A stretch of 62,545 bases of DNA, counting the filler, from Actinomycetota bacterium (GTDB taxonomy: Bacteria > Actinomycetota > CADDZG01 > JAHWKV01 > JAOPZY01), in NCBI GenBank assembly GCA_025963875.1. It is 7 parts of 7 records of this genome, joined end to end, with 100 filler letters (N's around TTAATTAATTAA, not from the genome) between each part and the next. Parts side by side here need not be neighbours in the genome. Positions count along the whole stretch, not along the records: positions 33,644 to 52,925 come from JAOPZY010000261.1; 6 more parts are not named here. One strand, 5' to 3'. The first letter of the stretch is position 1. Each line of letters begins with the position of its first letter. The translations under genes and the position numbers were made by a program. The notes below the pieces were generated by a model. It was not told where the DNA came from and ran no database searches. It saw nothing but the letters and a program-made list of their open reading frames with translations. Below are positions 35,408 to 45,343 of this stretch, piece by piece.

Positions 35408-36571
35408 GTGAGAAATCCCTACAAAGTAGCCGCCGGCATCACCGGCATCGTGCTCGCGATGGTCACCGGCCTCTGGCTGCTTATCGTCCTGCGCGGCTTC
35501 GTTCTCATCGTCCTGATTGCAGCGATCATCGCAGCCGCGCTCGACCGGCCGGTCACCTGGGTGCACAGCCACCTGGGCCTCCCGCGGCGGGGCTACGCGG
35601 TGGCGATCGTGTGCCTGCTGACCCTCGGCGTGCTCATCGGCTTCGGCTACCTCATCTACGAGCCGTTCCTCCACCAGTCGAAGGTGTTCCAGCAGGGGCT
35701 CCCCCCGCTCATGAACCGGGTGAAGCAACTGCCGCTCATCGGCCCCCGGCTCCGCAACGTCGACCTCGTGGGTGAGACCCAGCGGTTCCTGCAGCAGGTC
35801 CCCAAGTGGCTGACGCGCCACAGGGACATGATCCTCGGCGTCGCCCAGACCGCGCTCACCAGCATCGTGCTCATCTTCACCGTGATCGCCACCGCCATCT
35901 TCATGCTCCTGCACGGCCCGAGGCTCGCCGACGGCGCCCTGGAGCTGATCCTCGACGATTTCAAGCGGGAACGGGCACGCCGGCTGGGCCGCAAAATCCT
36001 GGACTCCGTCGCCGGCTACGTGAACGGCAACCTGCTGATCAGCCTCCTGGCCGCGGGGGTCACCGCCATCGCCCTGCTGGTCATGCGGGTGCCCTTCGTG
36101 GCGGTGCTCGCTGCGGTGATGTTCGTGCTCGATCTGATCCCCCTGGTCGGGGCGACGCTCGGCGGCACCGTCGTGACGGCGGCTACCTTCGTGCTCGACC
36201 CCCATCCGTGGAAGGCCCTGGTCTTCGCCGGGTTCTTTCTCGTCTACCAGGAGATCGAGAGCCACACCCTGTACCCGGTGATCATGGGCCGCAAGGTGAA
36301 GATCGGCAGCTTCGGCGTCTTCCTGGTGACCCTGGCCGGGGGCGAGCTCGGCGGCATTCTCGGCGCCTTCCTCGCCATCCCCGTCGGGGCCGCGATGAGC
36401 GTCATCCTGAAGGACGTCATCGACGAGCGCCGGAACAAGGCGCTCGCGGTTGCCGCCCCCGGCACACGCCTGGAGCTCGCCCGGGTTGGCGGCCACAAGG
36501 CCGAACCCAAGGCCGAAGGAGCCGATCGGGGAGGCGATCCAAAGCTGATCGTCGCCGAGCCGGAGGCGTAA
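35408..36571 (+). CDS. AI-2E (PerM) family transporter
   Basis: Multi-TM protein with AAALDRPV, GYVNGNL, DLIPLVG, YQEIESHTLYPVIMG, GAFLAIP. Confidence 0.92.
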   Translation: MRNPYKVAAGITGIVLAMVTGLWLLIVLRGFVLIVLIAAIIAAALDRPVTWVHSHLGLPRRGYAVAIVCLLTLGVLIGFGYLIYEPFLHQSKVFQQGLPPLMNRVKQLPLIGPRLRNVDLVGETQRFLQQVPKWLTRHRDMILGVAQTALTSIVLIFTVIATAIFMLLHGPRLADGALELILDDFKRERARRLGRKILDSVAGYVNGNLLISLLAAGVTAIALLVMRVPFVAVLAAVMFVLDLIPLVGATLGGTVVTAATFVLDPHPWKALVFAGFFLVYQEIESHTLYPVIMGRKVKIGSFGVFLVTLAGGELGGILGAFLAIPVGAAMSVILKDVIDERRNKALAVAAPGTRLELARVGGHKAEPKAEGADRGGDPKLIVAEPEA

Positions 36572-36575
36572 CCCA

Positions 36576-36638
36576 AAAATCAGATGTCTGTTTGACCGCG
36601 CTATGCGCGGAAACGCGGTCAAACAACCACAAGATTTT
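36576..36638. repeat. 63-bp imperfect palindrome between convergent genes
   Basis: AAAATC-N7-TGTTTGACCGCG-N13-CGCGGTCAAACA-N7-GATTTT. Confidence 0.8.
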
Positions 36639-36682
36639 CTGAGCCTCACCGTAAGGGAACGATACTTGGGCGTGGCCCAGCG

Positions 36683-38371
36683 TCAGTGCGTGGTCACGGC
36701 CCCCCGGGCGGCGCTGCTGACGGTGCGGGCGTACTTCTCCAGGGCGCCGCGGGTGTAGCGCGGCGGCGGGGGCGACCAGGTCTCCCGGCGCCGGGCAAGC
36801 TCGTCGCCGGGCACCAGGAGGTCGAGGCGCCGGCCGGGCACGTCGAGGACGATCTCGTCGCCGTCGGCGACCAGGGCGATCGGTCCCCCGTCGGCGGCCT
36901 CCGGGGCGACGTGGCCCACGGAGAACCCATGGGTGGCGCCGGAGAAGCGGCCATCGGTGATGAGGGCCACGTCCTTGCCCAGGCCCCGCCCGAAGATGGC
37001 GCCCGTCACGGCCAGCATCTCCCGCATGCCCGGGCCCCCCTTCGGCCCCTCGTAGCGGATGACCACGACGTCGCCGGCCACGATGCTCCCTTCCGCCACG
37101 GCGGCGAACGCGTCCTGCTCGGAGTCGAAGACCCTGGCCCGGCCCCGGAACTCGGTCCCTTCCATGCCCACCGCCTTGCAGACGGCCCCTTCGGGGGCCA
37201 GCGAGCCCCTGAGGACGACCGTCCCGCCGGTGGGGTGGATGGGAGCGGAGAGCGGCCGGACGACGTCGCCGTCGGGCTCGCCGCCGAAGGACAGGGCGTT
37301 CTCGGCGAGGGTCTTGCCGTTGACGGTCATGGCGTCGCCGTGGAGCAGGCCGGCCTCCAGCAGCTCCCGGATGACCACCTGCACGCCGCCGACGCGGTCG
37401 AAGTCGGCCATGACGAAGCGCCCGGCCGGCCGGAGGTCGGCGATGTGGGGCACCCGCCGGGAGATCGCGTCGAAGTCGTCGAGATCGAGGGGGATCCCCG
37501 ACTCGTGGGCGATGGCGAGGAGGTGGAGCACGGCGTTGGTCGACCCGCCGGTGGCCATGACCACGGCGATGGCGTTCTCCAGCGATCGCCTGGTGACGAT
37601 GTCGCTGGGGAGCAGCCCCGTCCGGAGCTGCTCGACGACGGCCATCCCGGAGGCGAAGGCGAACTCCGCCCGGCGCTCGGAGATCGCCGGGGGCGAGGCG
37701 CTGCCGGGCAGCGACAGCCCCATGGCCTCGACCGCGGCGGCCATGGTGTTGGCGGTGTAGTGGCCGGCGCACGACCCGGCCCCCGGGCACGCCGAGGACT
37801 CCAGGTCGTGCAGCTCCTCGTCGGTCATCGTGCCGGCATCGTGGGCGCCGACGCCCTCGAAGACGTCCTGGATGGTGACGTCCCGGTCATGGAAGCGCCC
37901 GGGCATGATCGTGCCGCCGTAGAGGAAGACGGTGGGCAGGTTGAGGCGCACGGCCCCCATCACCATGCCGGGGAGGCTCTTGTCGCAGCCGGCGATGGTG
38001 ACGACGCCGTCGAGGCGCTCGGCGTGGACCATGAGCTCGACCGAGTCGGCGATGACCTCCCGGGAGATGAGGGAGGCCCGCATCCCCTCCGTGCCCATCG
38101 AGATGCCGTCCGAGACGGCGATGGTCGTGAACTCGAGTGGATAGCCGCCGGCCTCCCGCACGCCGGCCTTCGCCCGGTCGGCGAGCTTGTCGAGGTGGAG
38201 GTTGCAGGGCGTGACCTCGTTCCACGAGGACGCCACCGCAATGAGGGGCTTGCGGAAGTCCTCGTCGCGCATCCCGACCGCCCGGAGCATCGCCCGGGCG
38301 GGGGCGCGCTGGGCGCCTTCGGTCACGTCGGTGCTGCGCGGTTTGAGCCGCAGGTACTCGTCGTCGTTCAT
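36683..38371 (-). CDS. ilvD: Dihydroxy-acid dehydratase
   Basis: [49 protein letters not shown]. Confidence 0.98.
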   Translation of the reverse strand: MNDDEYLRLKPRSTDVTEGAQRAPARAMLRAVGMRDEDFRKPLIAVASSWNEVTPCNLHLDKLADRAKAGVREAGGYPLEFTTIAVSDGISMGTEGMRASLISREVIADSVELMVHAERLDGVVTIAGCDKSLPGMVMGAVRLNLPTVFLYGGTIMPGRFHDRDVTIQDVFEGVGAHDAGTMTDEELHDLESSACPGAGSCAGHYTANTMAAAVEAMGLSLPGSASPPAISERRAEFAFASGMAVVEQLRTGLLPSDIVTRRSLENAIAVVMATGGSTNAVLHLLAIAHESGIPLDLDDFDAISRRVPHIADLRPAGRFVMADFDRVGGVQVVIRELLEAGLLHGDAMTVNGKTLAENALSFGGEPDGDVVRPLSAPIHPTGGTVVLRGSLAPEGAVCKAVGMEGTEFRGRARVFDSEQDAFAAVAEGSIVAGDVVVIRYEGPKGGPGMREMLAVTGAIFGRGLGKDVALITDGRFSGATHGFSVGHVAPEAADGGPIALVADGDEIVLDVPGRRLDLLVPGDELARRRETWSPPPPRYTRGALEKYARTVSSAARGAVTTH

Positions 38372-38447
38372 TTCCGGTACTCCTGTCCGCCTCTTGGAAC
38401 TCGATGGTCTGAACCGCGGTGAAACCTCTGCCGGGCACTAGTGTGCC

Positions 38448-39590
38448 TCATCGCCGCCTCCCGCCCGGGCGGAGGGCCAGCCGGAACATCAGGAACGCAA
38501 CCGCGGCGCAGCCGGCCGCCGCCAGCGCGTTGAGGGCGACGTCGCCGGCGCCCCGCTTGGAGGCGGCCGCCTGGACGACGAATGCAGAACCGAGAAACAA
38601 CGCCAGGGCTGCGGCAACGGCGATCAGGAGGAGTCGCTGGACGGACCGGCTCCCCTCCGCGAGCGAGCGCCGCTCCTTGCGGAGTGCGCTCATCAGCTCG
38701 GGGCTCGCCCTGGGGTCCGTCCGTGCGGACCCCCGGTGGGTCCACCGCTCCAGCGACCCCCGCCACGTGCCCGGCCCGCTGCCGCGGGTGAGCGAGACGA
38801 TCACCCACCCGGCGATGCCGGTGGCGGCCAGCCCGAAGCCGAGGGCGACGTCGCCGGTGACGAACTGGACGGCGACGAGCAGGGCCAGGACCGCGGGCCC
38901 CCAGTACCGCGAGGCCGCCCGGACGGCGTTGGTCTTGTAGAGGGGGTTGCGCGGGTCGAGGCGCGACGCGGTCCCCAGGTAGTGGACGGCCTCACGCCGG
39001 TGGCCCAGCTTCTGGAGCGCGACGCCCAGGTTGTTGAGGGCCGCCGTGTCCTCGGGGTCCAGGGCGAGCGCGGCGCGGGCGTGATCCTCCACCTCGGCCC
39101 AGCGCCCGGTCTGGGCGGCCACCATCGACAGCATGACGTGGCCGCCGGGACGGTCCGGCGCGAGCGACCGGGCCTGCTCGGCGGCAGCCCTGGCCTCGTC
39201 GAGGCGGCCGTTGGCGATCTGCGCCTCGGCGAGCAGGATGCGGCACTCCGGGAGGTTCGGGGCAAGCGCGACCGCGACGCTCGCCGCAGCCAGCGCCTCG
39301 TTCACCATGCCGAGCTTGACCAGCGCCGACGATCGAAGGCGGTGGGGCCATTCCGCCGCGGGCGTTGCCGCCGCTGCGCTGTCCGCTGCCGCGAGGGCCT
39401 CCTCGGGCTGGCCGACCTGCAGGTAGGCGAGCGAGAGCAGGCAGAGGGTCTGGGCGTTGCCCGGGTCCCGGGAGGCGAGCTGGAGGAGCAGTGCGATCGC
39501 ATCGCCGGGACGCTTGGCGTCGAGCAGGGCATTGGCCCGGAACAGCAGGGCGGTCGCGGACGGAGTGCCGGCGGAGCCTGGGCTGTCCAT
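38448..39590 (-). CDS. TPR-repeat protein with C-terminal transmembrane helices
   Basis: About six TPR-like units (ALALDPEDTAALNNLGVAL), followed by two pairs of hydrophobic helices. Confidence 0.85.
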   Translation of the reverse strand: MDSPGSAGTPSATALLFRANALLDAKRPGDAIALLLQLASRDPGNAQTLCLLSLAYLQVGQPEEALAAADSAAAATPAAEWPHRLRSSALVKLGMVNEALAAASVAVALAPNLPECRILLAEAQIANGRLDEARAAAEQARSLAPDRPGGHVMLSMVAAQTGRWAEVEDHARAALALDPEDTAALNNLGVALQKLGHRREAVHYLGTASRLDPRNPLYKTNAVRAASRYWGPAVLALLVAVQFVTGDVALGFGLAATGIAGWVIVSLTRGSGPGTWRGSLERWTHRGSARTDPRASPELMSALRKERRSLAEGSRSVQRLLLIAVAAALALFLGSAFVVQAAASKRGAGDVALNALAAAGCAAVAFLMFRLALRPGGRRR

Positions 39591-39612
39591 CCCTGCGCCG
39601 ACCGTCCCGGCC

Positions 39613-40914
39613 TCAGGCGAGCTTGTGGCGGCGCATGTACGCCAGGAGGTCGTCATACGCACCGCCCTCGTTGGCGAACATGGCGTAGTTGCGGGCCACG
39701 TCGAACCAGGGCCGGGTGCTCGGCGACACCTCACGGAGCGCCCGGTCGAAGTCGCCCGAGTGGATGGGACGGGTCGTCCCGCTCTGCAGGGAGTCCTCGA
39801 GCGCGGATTCGGCGGCGGACTCGCAGAGCAGCCGGAGGTCGGCGCCGGAGAACCCCTCCGTCCGCCCCGCGAGGCGTTGCAGATCGACGGACCCGAGCGG
39901 CCGGTCCCGCAGGTGGTACCGAAGGATGGACTGCCGGGCGGGCGGGTCGGGCGGCAGGACCAGCAGCGTGCGGTCGAAGCGGCCCGGGCGGCGAAGGGCC
40001 GGGTCGATGTCCCACGGCTGATTCGTCGCCCCGAGGACGAAGACCCCCTCGTTGTCGCTCCGCGCGCTGTCGAGTTCGCTGAGCAGCTGGACGACGACGT
40101 TGCGGCCGGCGGAGCGCTCCAGGTGGCTGCGCTTGAGCCCCAGGGCGTCGACCTCGTCGAGGAACAGCACGCAGGGGGCCTGGCGGCGGGCGGTCTGGAA
40201 GACCTCGTGGAGATTGCGCTCGCTCTGGCCGAGCCACATGTCGAGCACCTCGTGGAGGCCGATGCCGAAGAAGCGGGCACCCAGCTCGCCGGCGACCGCC
40301 CGGGCAAGGAAGGTCTTGCCGCACCCCGGGGGACCATAGAGCAGCAGGCTGCCCCGGAGCGACTTGCCGTACATCTTGCGGAGCTCCGGGTTGCGCATGG
40401 GGCCGAGGAAGGAGGTGTTGAGGCGGCGTTTCACCTCGTCGAGGCCGCCCACGTCGGCGAGCGTCACCCTCGGGGGCCCGGATAATCCAGACCGCTCGAT
40501 GTCGGGGTCCGAGCCGAGCACCTCCGCCAGGAAGGCGTCGATGTCGGCCTCGCCCTCCAGGGCGTCTCCGGCAGTCAGGGGCTCCCGGGGCCCGGGAGGA
40601 GACGGGCCCGGCGAGGGCGACGGGGTCGGTTCGGGGAGAGGCGCCGGGGCCGCCGACGAGGTGAGGGCCGAAAGGAGGCGCTCGTAGGCGACCGCCCGCT
40701 GCTCCTCGCCAACCGCGCGGGCGGTCCGGGCGGCGATGGCGAGGCCCTGCGGGTCGTCGGGCTGGTCGGTCAGGACCCGGGCTGCGTGGTCGAGGGCTGC
40801 GGCGGGATCCTCGTCGGCGAGCAGGGAGGCGAGGTGGATCCGCACGGCGGCGTTGTCCGGCGCGGAGGCCAGAGCGGATTCGAGGGCGGCCCGGACGGCG
40901 GGATCAAGAGCCAC
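39613..40914 (-). CDS. Single-domain classical AAA ATPase with N-terminal TPR-like domain
   Basis: Walker A GPPGCGKT, pore loop DMWLGQSE, Walker B FLDEVD, SRH ATNQPWDIDPALRRPGRFD, GFSGADL. Confidence 0.93.
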   Translation of the reverse strand: MALDPAVRAALESALASAPDNAAVRIHLASLLADEDPAAALDHAARVLTDQPDDPQGLAIAARTARAVGEEQRAVAYERLLSALTSSAAPAPLPEPTPSPSPGPSPPGPREPLTAGDALEGEADIDAFLAEVLGSDPDIERSGLSGPPRVTLADVGGLDEVKRRLNTSFLGPMRNPELRKMYGKSLRGSLLLYGPPGCGKTFLARAVAGELGARFFGIGLHEVLDMWLGQSERNLHEVFQTARRQAPCVLFLDEVDALGLKRSHLERSAGRNVVVQLLSELDSARSDNEGVFVLGATNQPWDIDPALRRPGRFDRTLLVLPPDPPARQSILRYHLRDRPLGSVDLQRLAGRTEGFSGADLRLLCESAAESALEDSLQSGTTRPIHSGDFDRALREVSPSTRPWFDVARNYAMFANEGGAYDDLLAYMRRHKLA

Positions 40915-40932
40915 GACGACATCGTACCGGGG

Positions 40933-42039
40933 TCATCGCCGCCGCCGGAACAGGCTCTGGGCGCCCCAGCCGGTCACCAACAGCAGGAGCGCTCCCATCA
41001 GGAGCAACGGAAGCATCGCACCGGAGCGCCCCTCGGCGGCCGGTGCGAAGGCCGCCGCCAGCATCGCGACTCCCATGGGCGCACCGAAAACAAGCACCAG
41101 GGCTCCCAGCCATCTCGACGCCCGCCTGGGGGCCTTCAACAGCCCGCGGAAGATCTCGCGCCGCAGGTTCCGGATGATCCGGGCACCTTTGAGGGTGCCG
41201 GTCGAGCCGGGCCCGCGCCGGCGCCACCAGAGCCCACCGGCCGGTATGAGCGCCAGCAGCGCGACGCCGCCGACGACCGCGGGGACCTCCCGGGGTCCGC
41301 CCCGCTGGATCGTGCTGGATATGCCGAGGAGAAGGAAAAGGGCAGCGAGGATACCGACCACCGCCCAGGCGACACCGGCGCCGGCCATCTGGAACGCCCT
41401 GTCCCGGTGCTGGGGGTTGCGTGGATCGAGCTGCGACGCCGCAGCGTGGTACTCGACGGCTTCGGCGTGGTGCCCCCTCCCTCCACGGACAATGCCGAGG
41501 TTGTGGAGGGCTGCCGTGTTCTCCGGGTCGATGGCCAGCGCCGCGCGTGCGTGAGCCTCGCCCTCCCGGAACGCCCCGGCCTGAATCTCGACGGCACTCA
41601 GCATCACGAGTGGGACCGGGTCGGCCGGAGCGAGGGTCCGGGCGGCCTCGGCGGCGACCCGAGCGCCGTTGGCCTGGCCGTCGGCGAGCAGCACCTCGGC
41701 GAGGGCGACGTGCGCGTCGGCCAGCTGGGGGGCGAGACGGACGGATTCCTGAGCAGCCGCAAGGGCCTCCGGCTTCCTCGAGAGGCGGAGCAGCGCCGTG
41801 GCCCGCAGGCGGTGGGGAAACTCCTGGACGGGATCGACTGCGGCGGCTCGCCCGGCTGCCTCCAGGGCCTCGTCGTTCAGACCGAGTTCCAGGTAGGCCA
41901 CGGCGAGCAGCGAAGAGGCTCGGGGGTCTCCGGGGTCCTGGGCGACGGCGTCGAGGAGGCAGGGGACCGCATCGGCGGCTCGTCCCATGACCAGCAGCGC
42001 ATGCGCCCGCTCGACATCGTCGGCCCCCTCGTTCCGCAT
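40933..42039 (-). CDS. TPR-repeat protein with C-terminal transmembrane helices (paralog of 38448-39590)
   Basis: PHRLRATALL, ALAIDPENTAALHNLG and LDPRNP are shared with the paralog. Four hydrophobic segments. Confidence 0.85.
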   Translation of the reverse strand: MRNEGADDVERAHALLVMGRAADAVPCLLDAVAQDPGDPRASSLLAVAYLELGLNDEALEAAGRAAAVDPVQEFPHRLRATALLRLSRKPEALAAAQESVRLAPQLADAHVALAEVLLADGQANGARVAAEAARTLAPADPVPLVMLSAVEIQAGAFREGEAHARAALAIDPENTAALHNLGIVRGGRGHHAEAVEYHAAASQLDPRNPQHRDRAFQMAGAGVAWAVVGILAALFLLLGISSTIQRGGPREVPAVVGGVALLALIPAGGLWWRRRGPGSTGTLKGARIIRNLRREIFRGLLKAPRRASRWLGALVLVFGAPMGVAMLAAAFAPAAEGRSGAMLPLLLMGALLLLVTGWGAQSLFRRRR

Positions 42040-42047
42040 GGCGCACA

Positions 42048-42099
42048 TGCTACTTCCCGCTCAAACGCGAACGCACCTGCCGGCAGGGGGGGAGTAGCA
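42048..42099. repeat. Extragenic inverted repeat upstream of the TPR-AAA-TPR operon
   Basis: TGCTACTTCCC (42048-42058) pairs with GGGGAGTAGCA (42089-42099). Internal palindrome CCTGCCGGCAGG. Confidence 0.55.
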
Positions 42100-42158
42100 G
42101 CCCGCTGAGCGAAGCGAACCGGACAAGCTAATCCCGTCCTGGGCATACTGAGGGAACA

Positions 42159-42731
42159 ATGGAGCACCTGAGCCGCCTCGCCCTCGAAGCCGGGCTCGAC
42201 CACATCCGGCGCTCCCCACGCGACGAGGGCACCGTCGAGCTCATCGCCTGCCGCCCCGACAACTTCCGGCGCCAGGTGCTGGAGGAGGCGGTCCTGGACT
42301 GCGCCGAGGGCCTCATCGGCGACAACTGGCGGGTGCGCGGCAGCCGCCACACTCCCGACGGCTCCCCCCTGCTCGCCCAGCAGGTCACCGTGACGAACTG
42401 CCGGGTCACGTCGCTCGTGGCGGTCGAGCGGGAGCGCTGGGCGCTCTGCGGCGACCAGTTCTACGTCGACCTGGACCTCAGCCAGGAGAACCTCCCGGCG
42501 GGCACCCGCCTGGCCATCGGCTCCGCGGTCATCGAGGTCAGCGCGAAGCCGCACGTCGGCTGCTGGAAGTACGACGCACGCTTCGGCCGGGACGCTATGC
42601 GCTTTGTCAACTCGAAGGCGGGCCGGGCGCTGCGCCTACGGGGCTTCTGCGCCTCGATCGTCGTGGGCGGGACCGTGCGGACCGGTGACAAGATCCGGAA
42701 GGTGCCCGTGCTGGACCCGGCGCCGACGTAG
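42159..42731 (+). CDS. MOSC domain protein
   Basis: GLIGDNW, QVTVTN, GDQFYVDLDLS..NLPAGTRLAIG, PHVGCWKY, LRG...GTVRTGD. Confidence 0.85.
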   Translation: MEHLSRLALEAGLDHIRRSPRDEGTVELIACRPDNFRRQVLEEAVLDCAEGLIGDNWRVRGSRHTPDGSPLLAQQVTVTNCRVTSLVAVERERWALCGDQFYVDLDLSQENLPAGTRLAIGSAVIEVSAKPHVGCWKYDARFGRDAMRFVNSKAGRALRLRGFCASIVVGGTVRTGDKIRKVPVLDPAPT

Positions 42732-42776
42732 ATTCCGTCAAAAAGGGCCGAGGGCACACTTTTTGACGGAAACTGC
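42728..42776. repeat. 49-bp GTAG-bounded palindromic element (REP-like), copy 2
   Basis: GTAGATTCCGTCAAAAAG-N13-CTTTTTGACGGAAACTGC. Its TAG is the MOSC stop codon. Confidence 0.88.
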
Positions 42777-42805
42777 GTCCTGGAGGGCGCCCTGGACGGC
42801 CGCCC

Positions 42806-42834
42806 TTGACGGATGGCCCGATGTCCAGCACAAT
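42806..42834 (+). promoter_or_regulatory. Housekeeping-sigma promoter of the ilv-leu operon
   Basis: TTGACG-N17-CACAAT upstream of the leader peptide. Confidence 0.65.
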
Positions 42835-42863
42835 CGATGGAAACTGCTACAAACAGGGGTGAC

Positions 42864-42932
42864 ATGGCGCGGTCGCAGGAAGTGAGGAGGAGCCTGAGGG
42901 AAATTCACGCCCTCATCCTTGTACTTATGTAG
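42864..42932 (+). CDS. ilv operon leader peptide
   Basis: MARSQEVRRSLREIHALILVLM-stop (alternative start GTG 42882), with an Ile/Leu/Val cluster just before the stop. Confidence 0.8.
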   Translation: MARSQEVRRSLREIHALILVLM

Positions 42933-42991
42933 CGCGCGCCCTTGTTGTCCCGGCGTGCGCTACCTACCTCTCGGACACCGAGAGGTTTTTT
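42929..42991 (+). terminator. ilv attenuator (protector hairpin plus intrinsic terminator)
   Basis: GTAGCGCGCGCC/GGCGTGCGCTAC (42929-42963), then ACCTCTCGG-ACA-CCGAGAGG followed by six T (42966-42991). Confidence 0.88.
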
Positions 42992-43045
42992 GTTGCCAGG
43001 AGACAGTCAGTCGAGAAGTAGTCCCCCACTATGCGGAGGCAGATC

Positions 43046-44821
43046 TTGAGCAAGGAGATCACCGGAGCCCAGGCCCTCATGCGGGCACTCGAGGCGCAGG
43101 GCGTCCAGCACATGTTCGGCATCCCCGGCGGCGCCATCCTGCCCGCCTACGACCCGCTGATCGAGTCGTCGATCCACCACGTCCTCGCCCGCCACGAGCA
43201 GGGCGCCGCCCACGCCGCCGATGGGTACGCCCAGGCGTCGGGCAAGGTCGGCGTCTGCATGGCGACGTCGGGACCCGGCGCGACGAACCTCGTGACGGGT
43301 CTGGCCTCGTCGTACATGGACTCGGTGCCGGTCGTTGCGGTGACCGGCCAGGTGCCACGCTGGCTGATCGGTAGCGACGGCTTCCAGGAGACCGACGCCA
43401 CCGGGATCACCGTGCCGGTGACCAAGCACAACTGGCTGGTCATGGACCCCGGCGACATCGCCCAGACCATCGCCGAGGCCTTCCACATCGCGTCGACCGG
43501 CCGCCCCGGCCCGGTGCTGGTGGACATCCCGAAGGACGTCCTGCAGGCGAAGTTCCCGTACCACGACGCCAGCCCGGTCGACCTGCCCGGCTACCAGCCC
43601 AAGACAAAGCCCAACGTCCGCCAGATCAAGGAGGCGGCCCGCCTCATCCTCGAGGCGGAGCGGCCCGTCATCTACGCCGGCGGCGGGATCATCGCCGCCG
43701 GGGCGGGACCGACGCTGCAGAAACTGGCCGAGCTGACCGGGATCCACGTCGTCACGACGCTGATGGCCCGGGGAGCGCTGCCCGACGACCACCCGATGTG
43801 CCTGGGGATGCCGGGCATGCACGGCAACTACACGGCGGTCACGTCGATGCAGCGTGCCGACCTGCTGATCGCCCTCGGCACGCGCTTCGACGACCGGGTC
43901 ACCGGCAAGCTGCCCGCGTTCGCCACCCAGGCCAAGGTCATCCACGCCGACATCGACCCCGCCGAGATCGGCAAGAACCGCCGGGCGGACGTGCCGATCG
44001 TCGGCGACGCCAGGCTGGTCATCGAGGAGCTCATCTCGGCGCTGCAGGCCGAATTTGGCAAGGGCGCCACGGGCGACTACGGTGCCTGGACCCGCCAGCT
44101 CGACGAGTGGCGCAGCCGCTTCCCCTACCGCTTCACCCAGCCCGACGACGGCATGCTGAAGCCCCAGTTCGTGATCTCGAGGATCTCGGACATCACCGGT
44201 GGCAACGGCATCTACGTCGCCGGCGTCGGCCAGCACCAGATGTGGGCGTCGCAGTTCATCCGCTTCCAGCGGCCGCGCACGTGGATCAACTCCGGCGGGC
44301 TCGGGGCGATGGGCTTCGGCGTCCCCGCCTCCATGGGCGCCAAGGTGGCCATGCCCGACGACGAGGTGTGGTGCATCGACGGCGACGGCTGCTTCCAGAT
44401 GACCTGCCAGGAGCTGGCGACGATGGCCGTCGAGAAGATCCCGGTCAAGATCGGCATCATGAACAACGCCCACCTCGGCATGGTGCGCCAGTGGCAGGAA
44501 CTCTTCTACACCGAGCGGTACTCCCAGGTGGAGTTCGGATGGGACATCCCCGACTACGTGAAGCTGGCCGAGGCCTACGGGTGCGTTGGCCTGCGCTGCG
44601 AGAGCCCGGACGAGGTCGACGCGGTCATCGAGAAGGCCCGCGGCGTCGACGACCGCCCGGTGGTCATCGACTTCCGGTGCGACCCACGGGAGAACTGCTA
44701 CCCGATGGTGGCGGCGGGCACCTCGAACGACGACATCATCCTCGGGCCGGAGTTCGAAACCGATCACGAAACCCATGGCGACACGCTCTACTCGCAGGAC
44801 CCACCGGAGGAGGACTCGTGA
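43046..44821 (+). CDS. ilvB: Acetolactate synthase large subunit
   Basis: [44 protein letters not shown] 43046 follows GGAGG (ATG 43031 is an alternative). Confidence 0.98.
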   Translation: MSKEITGAQALMRALEAQGVQHMFGIPGGAILPAYDPLIESSIHHVLARHEQGAAHAADGYAQASGKVGVCMATSGPGATNLVTGLASSYMDSVPVVAVTGQVPRWLIGSDGFQETDATGITVPVTKHNWLVMDPGDIAQTIAEAFHIASTGRPGPVLVDIPKDVLQAKFPYHDASPVDLPGYQPKTKPNVRQIKEAARLILEAERPVIYAGGGIIAAGAGPTLQKLAELTGIHVVTTLMARGALPDDHPMCLGMPGMHGNYTAVTSMQRADLLIALGTRFDDRVTGKLPAFATQAKVIHADIDPAEIGKNRRADVPIVGDARLVIEELISALQAEFGKGATGDYGAWTRQLDEWRSRFPYRFTQPDDGMLKPQFVISRISDITGGNGIYVAGVGQHQMWASQFIRFQRPRTWINSGGLGAMGFGVPASMGAKVAMPDDEVWCIDGDGCFQMTCQELATMAVEKIPVKIGIMNNAHLGMVRQWQELFYTERYSQVEFGWDIPDYVKLAEAYGCVGLRCESPDEVDAVIEKARGVDDRPVVIDFRCDPRENCYPMVAAGTSNDDIILGPEFETDHETHGDTLYSQDPPEEDS

Positions 44822-45330
44822 AGCACACCGTTTCGATCCTGGTCGAGAACAAGCCCGGCGTGCTCATGCGCGTTTCCAGCCTGTTCTCCCGCCGCGGCTA
44901 CAACATCCACTCGCTGGCAGTGGGCACGACGGAGGTGCCGGACGTCTCGCGCATGACCGTCGTCGTCGACCTGCCCGACAAGCCGCTCGAGCACGTGACC
45001 AAGCAGCTGCACAAGCTCATCAACGTGCTGAAGGTCATCGAGCTGGAGCCGACGGCGTCGGTCGTCCGGGAGCTGATGCTCATCAAGGTGCACGCCGAGC
45101 CGCAGACCCGCAGCCAGGTCTTCGAGCTGGCGGAGGTGTTCCGGGCGAACATCGTCGACGTCACCACCGACTCGGTCACCGCCGAGGTGTCGGGGCCGCC
45201 GGAAAAGATCGCAGCCTTCGAGGACCTCGTTCGCAGCTACGGCATCATCGAGCTCGTCAAGACCGGTCGCATCGCCCTCGGGAGGGGCGAGCGAGGCATC
45301 AAGGACCGCCAGCTCCGGGCTGCGGTGTAA
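44818..45330 (+). CDS. ilvN: Acetolactate synthase small subunit
   Basis: [22 protein letters not shown] domain. GTGA overlap. Confidence 0.97.
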   Translation: MKHTVSILVENKPGVLMRVSSLFSRRGYNIHSLAVGTTEVPDVSRMTVVVDLPDKPLEHVTKQLHKLINVLKVIELEPTASVVRELMLIKVHAEPQTRSQVFELAEVFRANIVDVTTDSVTAEVSGPPEKIAAFEDLVRSYGIIELVKTGRIALGRGERGIKDRQLRAAV

Positions 45331-45343
45331 AGGAGACGACGTA

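Noticed and set aside
15594..36571. AI-2 quorum-sensing circuit linking the SBP/kinase with the AI-2E transporter
   Set aside because: They are on different contigs, AI-2E family membership does not imply AI-2 transport, and no luxS or lsr genes are present.
38448..40337. 629-aa ORF, and similar N-terminal extensions (43798, 46757, 48214, 50494, 4766, 4101)
   Set aside because: They are GC-rich alternative-frame extensions over upstream genes. True starts were set from RBS and stop/start overlaps.
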